From: the human T2T-CHM13v2.0 reference genome, Homo sapiens
Direction: 5' to 3' (one strand)
Assembly (NCBI RefSeq): GCF_009914755.1
Contig: NC_060929.1
DNA: 64,000 nt
The notes beneath the pieces are model-generated. The model saw nothing but the letters and a program-made list of their open reading frames with translations. It was not told the DNA's origin and made no database searches. Within the stretch, counting starts at the first letter, position 1. Each line of letters opens with the position of its first letter. Positions 11,401 to 24,385 of this stretch are shown piece after piece. Made by a program: the position numbers and the translations under genes.

Positions 11401-12497
11401 AACTTTGCTACAAAGAAGGCATACTAATTTGTATATAACAAAGGTTCTGCCTTCACTGAACTCCTAGCCTCCCTCTATCACCCAGGGGATAGATGAATCC
11501 CTACCTAATTATGTAATAAAGGTAAGATTATGAAAGGTATTATAAAAATAAAGGCATAAATAATACAACAACTACAAAGGCTTCTGGGTATTAATGTAGT
11601 ACAGTAAAGAACAAACAGATTTCCCAATAATAGGCTAGATCATTTTTTAGTTTTTCATAGGAAGAGAGAGTATTGACTCCTCAACCCCCTCAAAAAAACA
11701 AAAACAACAACCTTGGAATAAAGATTGCCAGCAGTAAGCACCCTGTCAGAGTAAATTATTAATTCGACTTACAATGTATCTAAACAGAAATGAAGAAATC
11801 ATGAATTGGGACAGAGATTAGCAAATCATGGATTGTAGCAGAGAACTCCAAGATAGCTAAAAGAGAATCACCATTAGGTCTTTAAGGCTGATTGGACTTT
11901 GCAAATGTCAGAAAATATTACATCATTACAAAGTAGGGGTAGTTATTGAAGAGAGAATTGAAAAAGAAATATGGGAGAGTTTATCAATATCTCAATATTT
12001 TATATATGCTTATGATAAAATTTATTTAAATAGATATTTAAAAAGTAATATATATACATATAACAAATGTTCCCTATTTATATAGATTCATCCTATGATG
12101 TCATCACAAAGTTAATGTAACTAGTAAGAAAATAGGAATAGATCCAGTTAAAACATATAGGGTATCTTTAAAAGGTGAAGATGAAAAAACTGTTGTATCA
12201 AATGGGAGGCATATGTGCTCCAACATGGCGGTATAGACTTCCCAGGTCAAGGAGAAGCAAGGATGGCAGTGGGCTTAAGAGGATGCACTTTGTCATTCAT
12301 AAGGGATATCTGGTTCAACCTATCACTGTTCTGGAGAATCTGCCTATATGATTGCCAGCTCTTCCGTTGCAAGTAACTGTTACATAACATTCCCAGCAAA
12401 TCTCTTGCTTGCCATAAGGGTGGGTGAATGGGAGGTAACACACCTAAATGTACTCTCCCCATAGCTGGACTTGTTTTGGGTCTTATTGAAGTATATA

Positions 12498-12610
12498 GAT
12501 GAGTTAATGGGTGCAACACACCAACTTGGCACATGTATACATATGTAACAAACCTGCACGTTGTACACATGTACCCTAGAACTTAAAGTATAATAAATAA
12601 AAAAGAAAAA
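12498..12610 (+). mobile_element. Severely 5'-truncated young L1PA (L1PA3-5-like) 3' end
   Basis: gagttaatgggtgcaacacaccaac...gtaccctagaacttaaagtataataa followed by an A tail. Confidence 0.92.
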
Positions 12611-13899
12611 GCAACTGTATGAAGAGGTTTTTAAAACATATTTATTTTTTCCTTTAACACAGCAATATATAAAATTAGAACATAAAAGTTAAGCATGCTA
12701 TGGATTAGCACTATAAAATTATGTTTAAATGAACACATTTTAACATCTAGTTGTAATTTTTAAAAGAAAAAATGATCTCTATGAATATGAAACCCACAAT
12801 GGAACATAGTTTACATTCTAACTATTTGAAAATGTTAAGTGACATGGAGTAAATCTTATACATAAGTATACTTTGCTAACTTTATGTTCTACTGAAAAAT
12901 GCATTCCATATTATAAAAAGAAGCTTAAATGTTAGTTTTGAGGTGAATCTAAAAGATGTCAGTGGTAGTTACTATTAAATATTTATGAGCCCACTAGTAA
13001 GGACAAATCATTTTCTTAATCTATTTCACTAATAGAAATTATTTATAAGTACATCATTAATTATTTACATTTTCCTGGTATTATGTTTGCATTAATAATT
13101 TAAAAATATATAATCATCTATTAAATCATCTAAATATGATTTAACTTCATTTATCTTTTGTTACACAAATAGCAAGTTGATCATTAACTATAGTCATACA
13201 AAACAAGGTGTGCCACTATAACAAACATGGATATTTAGAAAGAGTAGTGACAATAGCTTGCATATCTGTCTTTTTCCTCAATATTTGGTCTAATTAATAT
13301 TCTTAAGAAAGTTTTTGGTTTGTGACCTGTAAGTCCACTAGTTACTACAGACCCTCGAGGTCCCTGACATGTAGAAAGCAAGTTTCTTTCTACAGGCAGC
13401 CAATTAACTCTGTAACCTCAGAGTCAAATGCCTTTATACGGCAAGTAAAGACTGTTTATTTATTGTTGTTCTCTGGGCCACATTAAGCATCCTCATTGAG
13501 AAAAGATTTTCTGCTGAACAAAATGCTTATCATGACAACTTTGTCCCTTCTCAGATATATCATAACACCCAGAGCTCCCAGAGTTTCACAGGCCTGTAGT
13601 TACATCTGGAGTTATAACCAGAAGATAGTATTATAACAATAACTTGACCTACAATAATTTTTTTCCCTTGAGAAGCCTTTTAGGAAAATCTTCACAGGCT
13701 GTTCAGAAAAGACTCAATGTGTAGGGTACCGGGGGAAAAGGCCAAGTTATCAGCTGGTTATTTTTTTAGAAGCACACTTTATGTATATTACATGTTTGAT
13801 AATGAGTCAAGGTGTGAGCAAAAATAACATGAACTGTAAAAATCATCAGCGTGAAAATATTTGTGTTGCAATCTCTGATTACTATCCTCTGTTACAGAC

Positions 13900-14570
<671 letters not shown>

Positions 14571-16477
14571 TGGACCTTTTCTCATGTACAAATCCCAGTT
14601 CGTATTCTGGGCGTGTAATTCCAATTGTTCAGATCCAGTGTCCTCATATGGGACACTAGAAGCAAGACTTGAAGACAGCGATTTTTCCTTGTTTACAGAG
14701 TAGTAGCAGAGGGAATTTAGAGTCCAAACTTTAATTGCTTACCATTTTGGCTTTGAGCAACAATACCATTTGTAATGCTTAGTTTAAGGAAGACAGTTTA
14801 TGCAAATAACCTTTTTTGAACGCTTTATTAACAGAGTCTTTCTCCAACCTTTCCTGACAGCCCGAATACCACTGGGTGTTCAAGCTAATCTGAAGGTTAA
14901 ACCTCCCAGTAGGGTTCTAAAATAAAGCTTTGACATGGCCCCAAACTCAGAATCTTTGAGAAAGAAACTGCTATTTTCGTATTTTCAGAAATTTGGCCTA
15001 ATGCAAGAGATCTATATATCTCTACATTTATATCTATATTAATTCTATAAATAAGCTCATGGACTATCCCAAGTAATAGAGACTTCAGTTTTGTTAATTT
15101 AGTGGCTCGTTCTCTGATAATCTTGACCTTGATGCCTCTATAATTTTTGAACCTGTAATTAGACATGCTAAGTATGCAAAGCTATTTACTGATTTCCAGT
15201 TATGCTGTTTCAGGTTACAAATGTGAAAAAAAATTAACTGCTTCCATAGCAAGATGACCCAAAGGGCCACTTTAGGACAATGGGAGCTACTGTGCATAAG
15301 AAATAGGGCTGATGGCAACATGTATATCTTTTTAATTTGAGGATTATGTTGGAAATGAAACATAGTCTCCAAGGTGAACAAGTGCTTTTGCTAGAGTACT
15401 TAACCCTAACTATGAAACTAGCATAAATTACCTGATTGTTATTAACTGGTGTTTAACTTCTCTGCACTTTTAACACTTATTATATTGGAAAGTATGTTCT
15501 TAAAAAAAAAACGTATTCATAGGTGATTAGGATGCCCTTTTCTTTTATATTTAATGTTTTAAAATCATGTACTTTGAGTACCCACCAACATATCAATTAT
15601 TTAGTCATTACAAACGTGGGTGAGAAGTCATTACGGTGATAATGAGGACACAGTCCAAGTGTAAAAGGAAGTTCCCTAAATTGCAGCAATGAGCTATGAA
15701 AATGATATTAAATTGTTCATTTCAAAAAAAGATTTTCATAGCGATTCCCTAAACTGGATGGCAACACGGAATATGCAACAGTAGCAAATACTTACACTCA
15801 CAGAGAGCTATGGCATTTGGGAAATCATTCTGTTGTATCAATAGGAAGTTATTCTCTGAACTCTCCTCCAGTTTTTGAATATTTAATGACTGAATGCTAT
15901 TTAATTGGAAAAAGTTCTTCATAAGAAGGTAGTGTGACCCAAATTTTTGAAAGAAGAAAATGTTTTACTCCTTCAGGAAGTCATTTCTAGATAGAATTCT
16001 TAAGAGCATAGCATAAAGAAGGTGGGATACCCCCTAAATCTCTGGATTTGCTTAGGCACTATCACAAATATAATGAAACAAGCCCTCTGTCCAGGAAAAA
16101 TAAATAAATAAATAAAATAAAAACTATTTAAAAACCTAAAATTGCTGTGAACATTTCCAAGTCTCACTAAGATTTTTTTCTGGAAAAAATAAAACAATCA
16201 TAACCTAATACCTGGGTAAATCGATATGACAGTATTTTATTGTTTACATAAACAATGGAACATTTTCAGTGTGGTCATTCCTCTGGGCCACTGAGAAAAG
16301 AGGCAATGACATTAGCAGGCAACCAAATAACATCCTTCAAACAATACTTTTTTCAATTTTTTTTTTTTTAACTAAAAATTATTTCCAGAATTGTTAGCAG
16401 ATCATTTGAGCAGACAGTGGTAGAGTGAGGGGGGAAGAAGCAGCCATGGAATTTGGTCATGAGAAAAAAGGGATCCC

Positions 16478-16565
16478 AGCCAGGCACAGTAGTACCTACC
16501 TCTAGTCCCACCTACTTGGAGGCTGAGGAGGAAAGATTGCTTGAGCCCAGGAGTTTGAGTCCAGC
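16478..16565 (+). mobile_element. FLAM/AluJ monomer fragment (3'-truncated)
   Basis: gccaggcacagt...gattgcttgagcccaggagtttgagtccagc. Confidence 0.85.
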
Positions 16566-16710
16566 ACCAGGCTAATTTTTTCTTTTATTTTTGTAGAGAC
16601 CAAGTCTCACTCTGTTGACCAGTCTGGTCTCTAACTCATGACCTCAAGCGATCCTCCTGTCTTGACCTCCCAAAGTGCTGGGATTTCGAGTGTGAGCCAT
16701 TGCACCCAGA
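16566..16710 (-). mobile_element. AluJ left arm / FLAM_C
   Basis: ttttgtagagac...ctcaagcgatcctcc...cccaaagtgctgggatt...gagccattgcaccc. Confidence 0.88.
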
Positions 16711-16729
16711 TAATATCTACTTTTAAGAT

Positions 16730-16913
16730 ACAAATCTCTTTTTTTACTTTAAAAAAGCCAGAAATTAAGATTTTAATTTGAATTTCCCAATTTGTAAGCA
16801 TTGGCAATTCATCATAATTATTTAGTGTATAATGGCAAAGCCAACGCTATGCTAGCTAAATAAAATATGCATAAGCCAAATCTGGTCTATGGGCTACCAG
16901 TTGAAGTCTTCTG
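16730..16913. mobile_element. hAT-Charlie-like MER fragment
   Basis: aagccagaaatt...gatttt...cccaattt and terminal gccaaatctggtctatgggctaccagtt resemble hAT MER termini. Confidence 0.4.
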
Positions 16914-16976
16914 ATTTACATTAATGTGATACATATATTCCCATAAAGAGGGTTAAATATAATTTATAAGTATTGA

Positions 16977-17018
16977 GTGTGTATGTGCATGTGTGTGTGT
17001 GTGTGTGTGTATGTGTGT
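16977..17018. repeat. (TG)n microsatellite
   Basis: Direct inspection. Confidence 0.95.
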
Positions 17019-17309
17019 TGGGTGGAAGGTTGAAGAGAAAGAGCTATCATCTAAATTATATAAAATCAAGGTGATTATAATAAGAATAGTTTCTAAATAA
17101 TGGACTGATAAGAAGTCCATCTACAAATTACCAAGTACAGGTAAATCCCAGAAGAACAAATAGCAACAATCCATTGAGATTGAGATTTAATATGTATATT
17201 GTCTATATAGAATTGATTAAAAGATTCTATACAGCATACAACCTTCAGTAATAAGAAAAATAATTAGAAAAAGTCACTTTAATTTTGATACTACTACTTG
17301 ATCACCACT

Positions 17310-17490
17310 ATCTTTATTACTTGCTGCCTGTTATCGCACTAGGTATCTGTCATTGTTCTCAGTATTTTATATGCATTGTATAATTTAATCCTTATGATAA
17401 CTCAATCAAGAATAGGCACTACTTTATCCCATTTCAGAGTTCAGGAAAATAAGTCTTAGAGAGGTTAGGTCATTCATCAACAAAGGTAAC
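17310..17490 (-). mobile_element. MIR SINE
   Basis: atttaatcctta...cccatttcagag...gaaaataagtcttagagaggttaggtca core. Confidence 0.75.
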
Positions 17491-17561
17491 TATTTCACAT
17501 TTTTTCCTTGCAAACTGGTAGCCTATGGGAGCAATATGTGTTTCAGTTAGTCATTAGAAGG

Positions 17562-17905
17562 TTTTTTGTTTTGTTTTGTTTATTTTTTATTTTATTCTAT
17601 TTTTCGAGATGGATTTTCTTTCTTGTTGCCCAGGCTGGAGTGCAATGGTGCAATCTTGGCTCACCGCAACCTTGGCTCACAGCAACCTCTATCTCCTGGG
17701 TTCAAGCGATTCTCCTGCCTCAGCCTCCTGAGTAGCTGGGATTACAGGCACGCACCACCACACCCAGCTAATTTTGTGTTATTTTAGTAGAGACAGGGTT
17801 TCTCCACGTTGGTCAGGCTGGTCTCAAACTCCCAACCTCAGGTGATCTGCCCGCCTCAGCCTCCCGAAGTGTTAGGATTACAGGCATGAGCCACCACACC
17901 CAGCC
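17562..17905 (-). mobile_element. AluSp/Sq-like SINE with an internal 16-bp duplication
   Basis: cttgttgcccagg, gcaatgg and tttctcca diagnostics; cttggctcac(c/a)gcaac twice; degenerate TSD agtca(tta)gaag. Confidence 0.93.
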
Positions 17906-18159
17906 AGTCAGAAGATTTTAAAAATTCAAGTTTTTTGGATACCATTTGAATAGTCACCTACTTCCCAGGTCTTCATTATCCACACATTTCTTGTGTTACA
18001 TATAGTGGCATCACTCATCAGTGTTAAATGAGCCTCATACTCCTCTCCTTACCTCTTTCTAATCTCCAAAAATGTGCCAGAAAATTAAGTGATATGAAAT
18101 GGCAAATGCATCTAGTCTGTACATGGCAACTGATATCAATAAGTTTGCTTCCCTTCTTG

Positions 18160-18563
18160 TGATATAATTCATCCCCTCCAAATCTCATGTTGAAATGTGA
18201 TCCCTAATATTGGAGGTGGGGCCTAGTGGGAGGTTTCTGGGTCCTGGGGGCGAATTCCTCATGACTGGCTTGGTGCCCTCCCTGTGGTAATGAGTGAGTT
18301 TTCACTCTATTAGTTCACAGGAGAGCTGGTTGGTTAAAAGAGCATGGCATCTATCTTGCTCCCTCTCTTGCTGTGTGACACATTGGATCCCCTCTCTCTT
18401 CTGCCATGATTGGATGCTCCCTGAAGCCTCACCAGAAGCATATGCTGGCACCATCCTTCATGTATATCCTGCAGAACCATCAGCCAAATAAACTTCTCTT
18501 TTTTTAGTATAAATTACCCAGTCTCAGCTACTCCTTTATAGCAACACAAAAGAGACTAACATA
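18160..18563 (+). mobile_element. MSTB-like ERVL-MaLR solo LTR
   Basis: tgatat...aaatctcatgttgaaatgtgatccc...ataaattacccagtctcag...gactaacata; 5-bp TSD tcttg/ccttg. Confidence 0.9.
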
Positions 18564-19109
18564 CCTTGAAATCATGATACTTTTGGACACTGTTACTCTT
18601 TGGGTAATATTGGGAACTAGCCTTCAACTCCCTTAAGCCCTTTTTCTTTTAAAACAGAGACTTGGGGATAGGCAATCCTGTACAAGTTTCTAAAGAAGGA
18701 AAATGATCTAATTACTGACTAATATAGTAAAATGCATCTAGCTAGTTGAATTTCAGTATAGTGATGTACATCTGGCTGAACTTGAATTTAAAGCTATCAT
18801 AGGTTTTATACTATGATCTTTACAGCTTTATCTTTTCAAAACTAAATGGCTATGTATATATATGCTAATACAGTTTATGCATACATGCCTTATATAGGTC
18901 CTTACAGATAACCTTTTGGTGTTACAATCAACATATGCTCCTACATTTCAGACTTGAGACATCGGGGTTTTAGAAGCTCATTGTGAGTTGGCACCAGTTT
19001 GGAGAATTAGGGAGAATGTAATGGTTTCTTATCCTTAAGTTTTAAATGGCTTTGATACTGGAACTGATGAGAAATAAGTCAATCTCCAGACAGAGGGGTT
19101 AAAGTGGGA

Positions 19110-19647
19110 GTGTTAGTTTTCTATTGCTGTGTAACAAATCACCACTAGTTTAAAGACTTAAAAGAACACTCATTTATTATGTATTTTTGTAGGTTAGAAG
19201 TCTGGGTGTGGACTAACTGGACCTCTCTGCTCAGGGTTTCATCAGACTGCAATAAATGTGCTGATTGGGGATGCACTTTCATCTGTGGTTCAGAGTTCCC
19301 ATGCAGTCTCAGTGGGTGTTGGCAGAATTGATTTCCTTCCAGGTGTATCAGTAGCAACCCCATTTGCTTACTGGTTGTTCTCCGCTACTAGAGGCAGCCT
19401 AGCCTGCTGTTCTGTGCCATGTGACCCTCTCCACAGTGCAGCACTTGGTACCTCTTAGGCCAACAAGACAGCATCCACCACAGCTTTTAATTTCTGACTC
19501 TTCTCCTCTTTGACCTCCAGGTCCTTTTTGTACAAAGACTCGCCTTATTATATCAGGGCCACACTTTCTCAAAGACAGGGAGTCATACAGGGTGTGAACA
19601 TCAGAGGGCCAGGAACTTGGAGCCATCTAAAGATTCCACCCCCTACA
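19110..19647 (-). mobile_element. MLT1E/F/G-like ERVL-MaLR LTR
   Basis: ttagttttctattgctgtgtaacaaatcacc...ctctgctcagggtttc...ttggcagaattgatttcctt...gccatctaaagattc. Confidence 0.8.
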
Positions 19648-20959
19648 GCAGGGGAATTAAGAATCTTGCCATAGGAGCCTCACTAATAATTGTGAGTGCT
19701 TTTTTTCAAGTTATATTTTCCAGGAATAAAATGAAATAATGTGTGTGGGTTCGATTGCGCCATGGTTCTGTGAGACTCATTCACGCGGATTTGAAAATCT
19801 AACATTGTCACTGTTGTGTAGATCTATTTATACAAACTTTTTTAAAAAAACATAAAATTTTAAAATAACATTGTATAAAATAACTTTTGCCATGTCCAGA
19901 ATGTCTACTGAATACCGCTATTTTTCTCTTCTTTATTTCATATTTAAATTTGATTAGACTTGGCCTAAATAACTTCCTTGGTGGTAATATACGTTCCACA
20001 TGGACTTATATCTAATACGTGAGTTATATTTTACATGACACTTTGAATAACAACTATTGATTGCTGATTACATTAATATCTATATGCTGCCATAAACAAT
20101 GTTTATGGCCCTATAATTGATAACACTATTAGTGCTACCTACTTGTAAGACCTGCAATTATGTTGCTATAAAGGTAATTGATAGTTAGAGGAATAGTATC
20201 TAACCTGCATCTTAAATCCATAAAGCAATGTTTTTTTTCGCCAAAAGTGGTGATTAAAATAATTATTTAAAATATTTTGTTTAATTGGCAAGGATAGTAA
20301 CTGAATTTTTTTTTCCTCTTAGGACCTGGCCAACTTATAATTTTTGTTACCTACTACCTCCATTACTTTAAAGATTATCCTAGTGTGAGTTGGTTTAAAA
20401 AAAAAGTGATACTGATGGATTTTGTTTAGCAAATCTGTGATTTGGGTGTTTTTGATTTTTTAACCTGGTAAATAGCTTATAGATCTTTAATAGGTAATGT
20501 TTTAGAATTTTTCCTTGGGTTCATTTATAACGTAAGCGGATGGACTGTCAACTTTTGATTTGATATTCAGAAGCTTATTTTTCTTTTTGGCTTGCTTTTT
20601 TTTTTTTTTAGAGTATTAAATGTTATTTCTATAGAATAACTTATCAACAAAGAATAATTGTTTTAAAAAGTGCCTCTCTCAGTGTGTAATGCCATTTTAG
20701 CCTGCATGAAAATAGTATGATTCTGAGAAAATACATGCTTGAATAAGGTAAATAAAACTTCAGAGCCTTATTTACTTCAGAGAATAACAGCCTGTCTCTT
20801 TTTGTTCGACCTAAAAATAAAAATTCTGAATTTTCTTTTCAAAAGCTATTTGAGTATTTTTCATTGCAATGTGTTTATTAAATAACTATAACATAACTAT
20901 AAAAAGTGTAACATTTCCCCACCCAAAATACACCCAGACATACTTTCCTCTTCAGAATG

Positions 20960-21066
20960 AATATATCCTAATAGTATCCTTTTAATTTTATATTATATAT
21001 TATATATATTATTATATAATATATATTATATAATAATATGTCCTAATAGTATGCCTTTTAATTTTC
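20960..21066. repeat. ~29-bp direct repeat flanking a pure A/T tract
   Basis: aatat(a/g)tcctaatagtat(g)ccttttaatttt twice with a TA-only spacer. Confidence 0.85.
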
Positions 21067-23619
21067 ATCTTAATTTCAAGAAATCAAGACCAAAATAATG
21101 AGGCCTTAAAACGATGAGATGATTAAAACTTTACACATATAAACCTGTGCTACCTATGCTATTGGTAGTTTCATTGGTTAGTTATTTAGTTGACCATTTT
21201 GAGCAAATAATTCTACTTATTTGGAATATAGATTTTCCTGATCCGAAAATAAATTTATGCACATGAATTTAAAAACATACATAATTTTTAAAATTTCAAA
21301 TGCTTTTCATCCCACTTCAGTTTGATAATAAATGTTATACCTGAGATAAGATTTAAAATGAATTTTTTTTTGTTTCGTTTTGGGCTTTTGTTTTTTAACA
21401 GTCCTAGGGCAATTGCAAAAAATTGGAGAGATCAGGAAAGAATTTTAGCCAATATTTAACTAGTGTAAAAATCACATTTTGTTTTGATTTCCTTTTTTAA
21501 ACTCTAACTCGTCAGTTTCCAGGAAAAGCAGAAATGTACAGTAAAATGCTCACAACCAAGTCTAATCTCAGCATAAAACTTACTGTCAGCATGAATAAAA
21601 TCCTTATGCTATAAAAATATATGACTATCTATTGCCAGCTCTAAGAGTTTTCACAAATTATTCACAAAACACAAGAAAGAACCTAAAGGAAAGTTGAATG
21701 TTTATTTTCTGTAATACAAAACAAATAGCTTGGTAGCAAGATTAGAGGATACAATAAATAAGAACTTAAATAAAATTAACATTTCCAGAAGGAATTGGTG
21801 AGGTTAAGTGCCTGGAACTGTCCGTTACCCCAAATTTATGTAGCAAGCGTTCATTAACTTCAAATGAGGGGCTTCATACTCTATTTAATAAGGTATCACA
21901 TGGAGTCCCTTTCCATTTACAGTATGTTCCTAAAGGTGAAAACAGCAGGAAAACGAAATTACTTCATTTACCGGAATTACAGCTTCTTTTGTATAAAACT
22001 TGAATCATTTTATATATGACAACCTTATGCTTAATGTTTTTAGAATATTCTTCATAAAACATTATTTAGCAAAAGCATACTCTCCCACTGAGCGCATTGC
22101 TGCTTTCAATGGCTGTGCTAATCTAGTTTGAATATATGCAGCATTTAATCTTAATTATGATGCCGAAGTCTATACAACGTTAATTATTCATTTCACATGC
22201 TCCCTCCACTTTATTGTAACTCCTACTTTGCTTAACAAAATGTAGCTTTTAATTAGAACTGTGGAATTGTTGGGGCAAGGTGCTGTTCTGAGTGTGTGCA
22301 TGCGGGTGTGTGTGCAAGCGGACACGCTTTCCATTGGTTTGGAAATGCATAAGGGGAGAAGCGTAGTATAGAAGTAACAGAAGTTAATACTTGTAATTCA
22401 AAAGATAAAATTCCTGGTAGGTGTAATTTCCTTCTGAGGTAACTGTTTCTTGGTTTCTTAGAGTTGAAAACGAAAGTAGAGATACCTGGTTGCCATTTTA
22501 ATAATGGACAATCGTTGGGCTGTAGTTAGTGTGTATATCTCTTTAAATATTGGCATGGCAGGTCACACACAAAAAAGCACATGCCAAGAAAATTAGCCGA
22601 TGAGGCTTTTTTTAATCCATGTCATTAAGAATATCTGACTGAAATAGTATATTAGTAATGTTTATGTATTTATTCAACTCATGACATAAATTATATAACA
22701 CAAAATAGTTTGTAAAAAAATTCAAAAAGTGATATATATTTGCTTAAAGTCTAAATGCTTGATATTTTTCAATGTTTCCCTAATTTTTGTTATTTTGTGG
22801 ATGTTAATATTAATTTTAATATACTTTAATAGTTTTTATTTAAAAAATAAGGTTTAAAATTTAAAATCATAAGTAAAACTTCATATTCCAGCTTTAAAAA
22901 GAAATCATTATTTTAAAATAAATTGAAAATTACTAAAGTTTTTTCATTTACAGTTTATCACCATACAGTCACCAAAGGACCCATTCTACACCTATTTAAA
23001 CAGTGTACATACCAACTTAGAATTTTAGGAATGAAGCCAAATATCTCTAAAATTATGCCCTGGATAAGTTGTACATAAAGACAAGGGATTATAATGTTTT
23101 GTATACATTTACTATAAATTTTGAGAAAGGTCATTTAAAATCAACAACAAAAAAGCCCATAAGATCACGGTGATCCCTGTTGGTAATTCTGTATACTAAT
23201 ATATCGTGTACAAAAATGATGTTATGGTTGTGAAATAAAATTTTAAACTGACTAATTGTATCTAGATAGCTATTATCTTCCAAATAGACAGGCATATATT
23301 TCCTCAAAAAAAGCTAGATTGACTTATGGATACATAAAGATACAGAATATCCTAATCATTCTGATAGTATTCTTTCCTAATAAATATGTTTGGCAAGTGA
23401 ATTAGCAAAAGGAATTAGTTTTGTCCTTAAACTGGACTTAAGTCATGAAATCAACAACTGCATACTTCAGATTTTAGTGGTCATAGCAACTCTTAGTGTA
23501 GTCTTCATCTTCTTACAGGACACTGTTTTACTCATTAAGTTCCTTTTTTAAAAAGTCAAGTGTAATTATTTAATATTTTCTGTTTCATTGCTAATGTGTA
23601 TAAATAGCTACAATGTATT

Positions 23620-23785
23620 GAGCTGTCCTTTAATTTTACAATTACCCATATGGTAGCTACCATTATTAGTCCCACTTTACAGATGAAGAAATTAGAAATT
23701 TAGGAGGACTGAGTGACATCCAAGATCATCTAAGATTTCAACCCAGGCCTGACTCCAGAAACTGTGCTTTCAACTGTGTGTTCTC
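23620..23785 (-). mobile_element. MIR SINE
   Basis: cccactttacagatgaagaaatt...gatttcaacccaggcctgactccaga. Confidence 0.75.
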
Positions 23786-24169
23786 TGCCTTCATTTGGTT
23801 ATAACCTCAGTTCTGTGTCCACTAACATTCAGTGCAACCAAACCCTGTCTCTAAAGGCGGGACTGTTTGATCTAGATCTCCATTCTCCTTGGACCCCTAT
23901 GTTCACTTATACAGAGGTTAAATCTTCATCTTGTATCAAAAGAATAGATGGGTTAAAGTAAATGACTATGAATGATTGCGAATATTGGTACTGTTTGGTA
24001 AAAATTCTAACAATGAAAAAAATTCATCTGAGAGGACAGAAGGGGTAAATATACCCTAATTTAAGAATACTATATGTATTCACATATTAAGATTTTGTTT
24101 CTGACCAGCAAACACTTTACTCCTGTTACTTTCTGCTCCACTAAATAAGATATGAGACTGTATGATATT

Positions 24170-24385
24170 TATGTGGTTAGGAGCACAGAATCTGCAGACA
24201 AGCTGTGTGTGTTTAAACTTCATCTCTGCTGCTTACTAGCCTAGAAAGTTCCAGGAGTTGACACAGCCTCTTTTGTGCCTCACTTTCTTCATCTGTAAAA
24301 TGTGTGTAATATTTCTTACCCCATAGAATGGCTTGAGGATAAAATGTTCTACTAGATGCCAAGTGTTATAAACAGTCACTGAAAC
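24170..24385 (+). mobile_element. MIR SINE
   Basis: gtggttaggagcacag...gtgcctcactttcttcatctgtaaaatg...gaggataaaatg. Confidence 0.8.

Noticed and set aside
12215-12240. YY1-like caacatggcg motif as a promoter
   Set aside because: Isolated motif with no CpG island or other support.
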